Shown here piece after piece: positions 63,781 to 64,000 of a stretch of DNA of 64,000 nt. Numbering within the stretch: the stretch's first letter is position 1; every line of letters begins with the position of its first letter. The stretch is from NCBI RefSeq assembly GCF_963921235.1, contig NC_086108.1:30444001-30508000 (forward strand). The letters are read 5' to 3'. The notes below the pieces were generated by a model. That model ran no database searches. It was given only the letters and a program-made list of their open reading frames with translations, and was not told where the DNA came from. This DNA is from Mobula hypostoma (Eukaryota). A program made the position numbers and the translations under genes.

Positions 63781-64000
63781 AAGATCCCAGTTAATTTTTT
63801 GCAAGTGGTGCAAAGTGTTTGGAAATGGTAATTTTTACATTTCAGTCCAAAAAAACATGTTTTTATTTGCATAATACTGATATAAATAGTACACTTCCAC
63901 CTTACGGAAATCTAATTGCACCCAGAATATCTCTACTTTAAAAGTCCAACATTTCTTTTTTTCTGGGCTCGGATATAATTTTTCTGTTTTATTTGCTTCA

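Overview
Eukaryotic, almost entirely transposon-derived DNA with no host gene exon that I can support. The repeat spectrum (CR1 LINEs with (TTTCTATG)n-type tails, V-SINE/HE1-like SINEs, Penelope elements, Rex1/Babar, L1, RTE, Gypsy, hAT) suggests a cartilaginous fish, probably a ray (inference). Many insertions are nested and can be delimited by target-site duplications (TSDs). Main structured signals: (1) a young CR1 with intact ORF2 whose ORF1/ORF2 junction carries a perfectly phased U_UUA_AAC -1 frameshift heptamer, with no AUG before the endonuclease domain; (2) minimal hammerhead ribozyme motifs in the Penelope pseudo-LTRs, including an inverted pair; (3) an HDV-like ribozyme fold with an extra hairpin in L3 at the 5' end of an RTE-like element; (4) a 26-bp G-rich minisatellite that appears to have grown out of a SINE body. 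Family names come from motif recognition, not database searches. Boundaries of old fragments are approximate unless a TSD is quoted.
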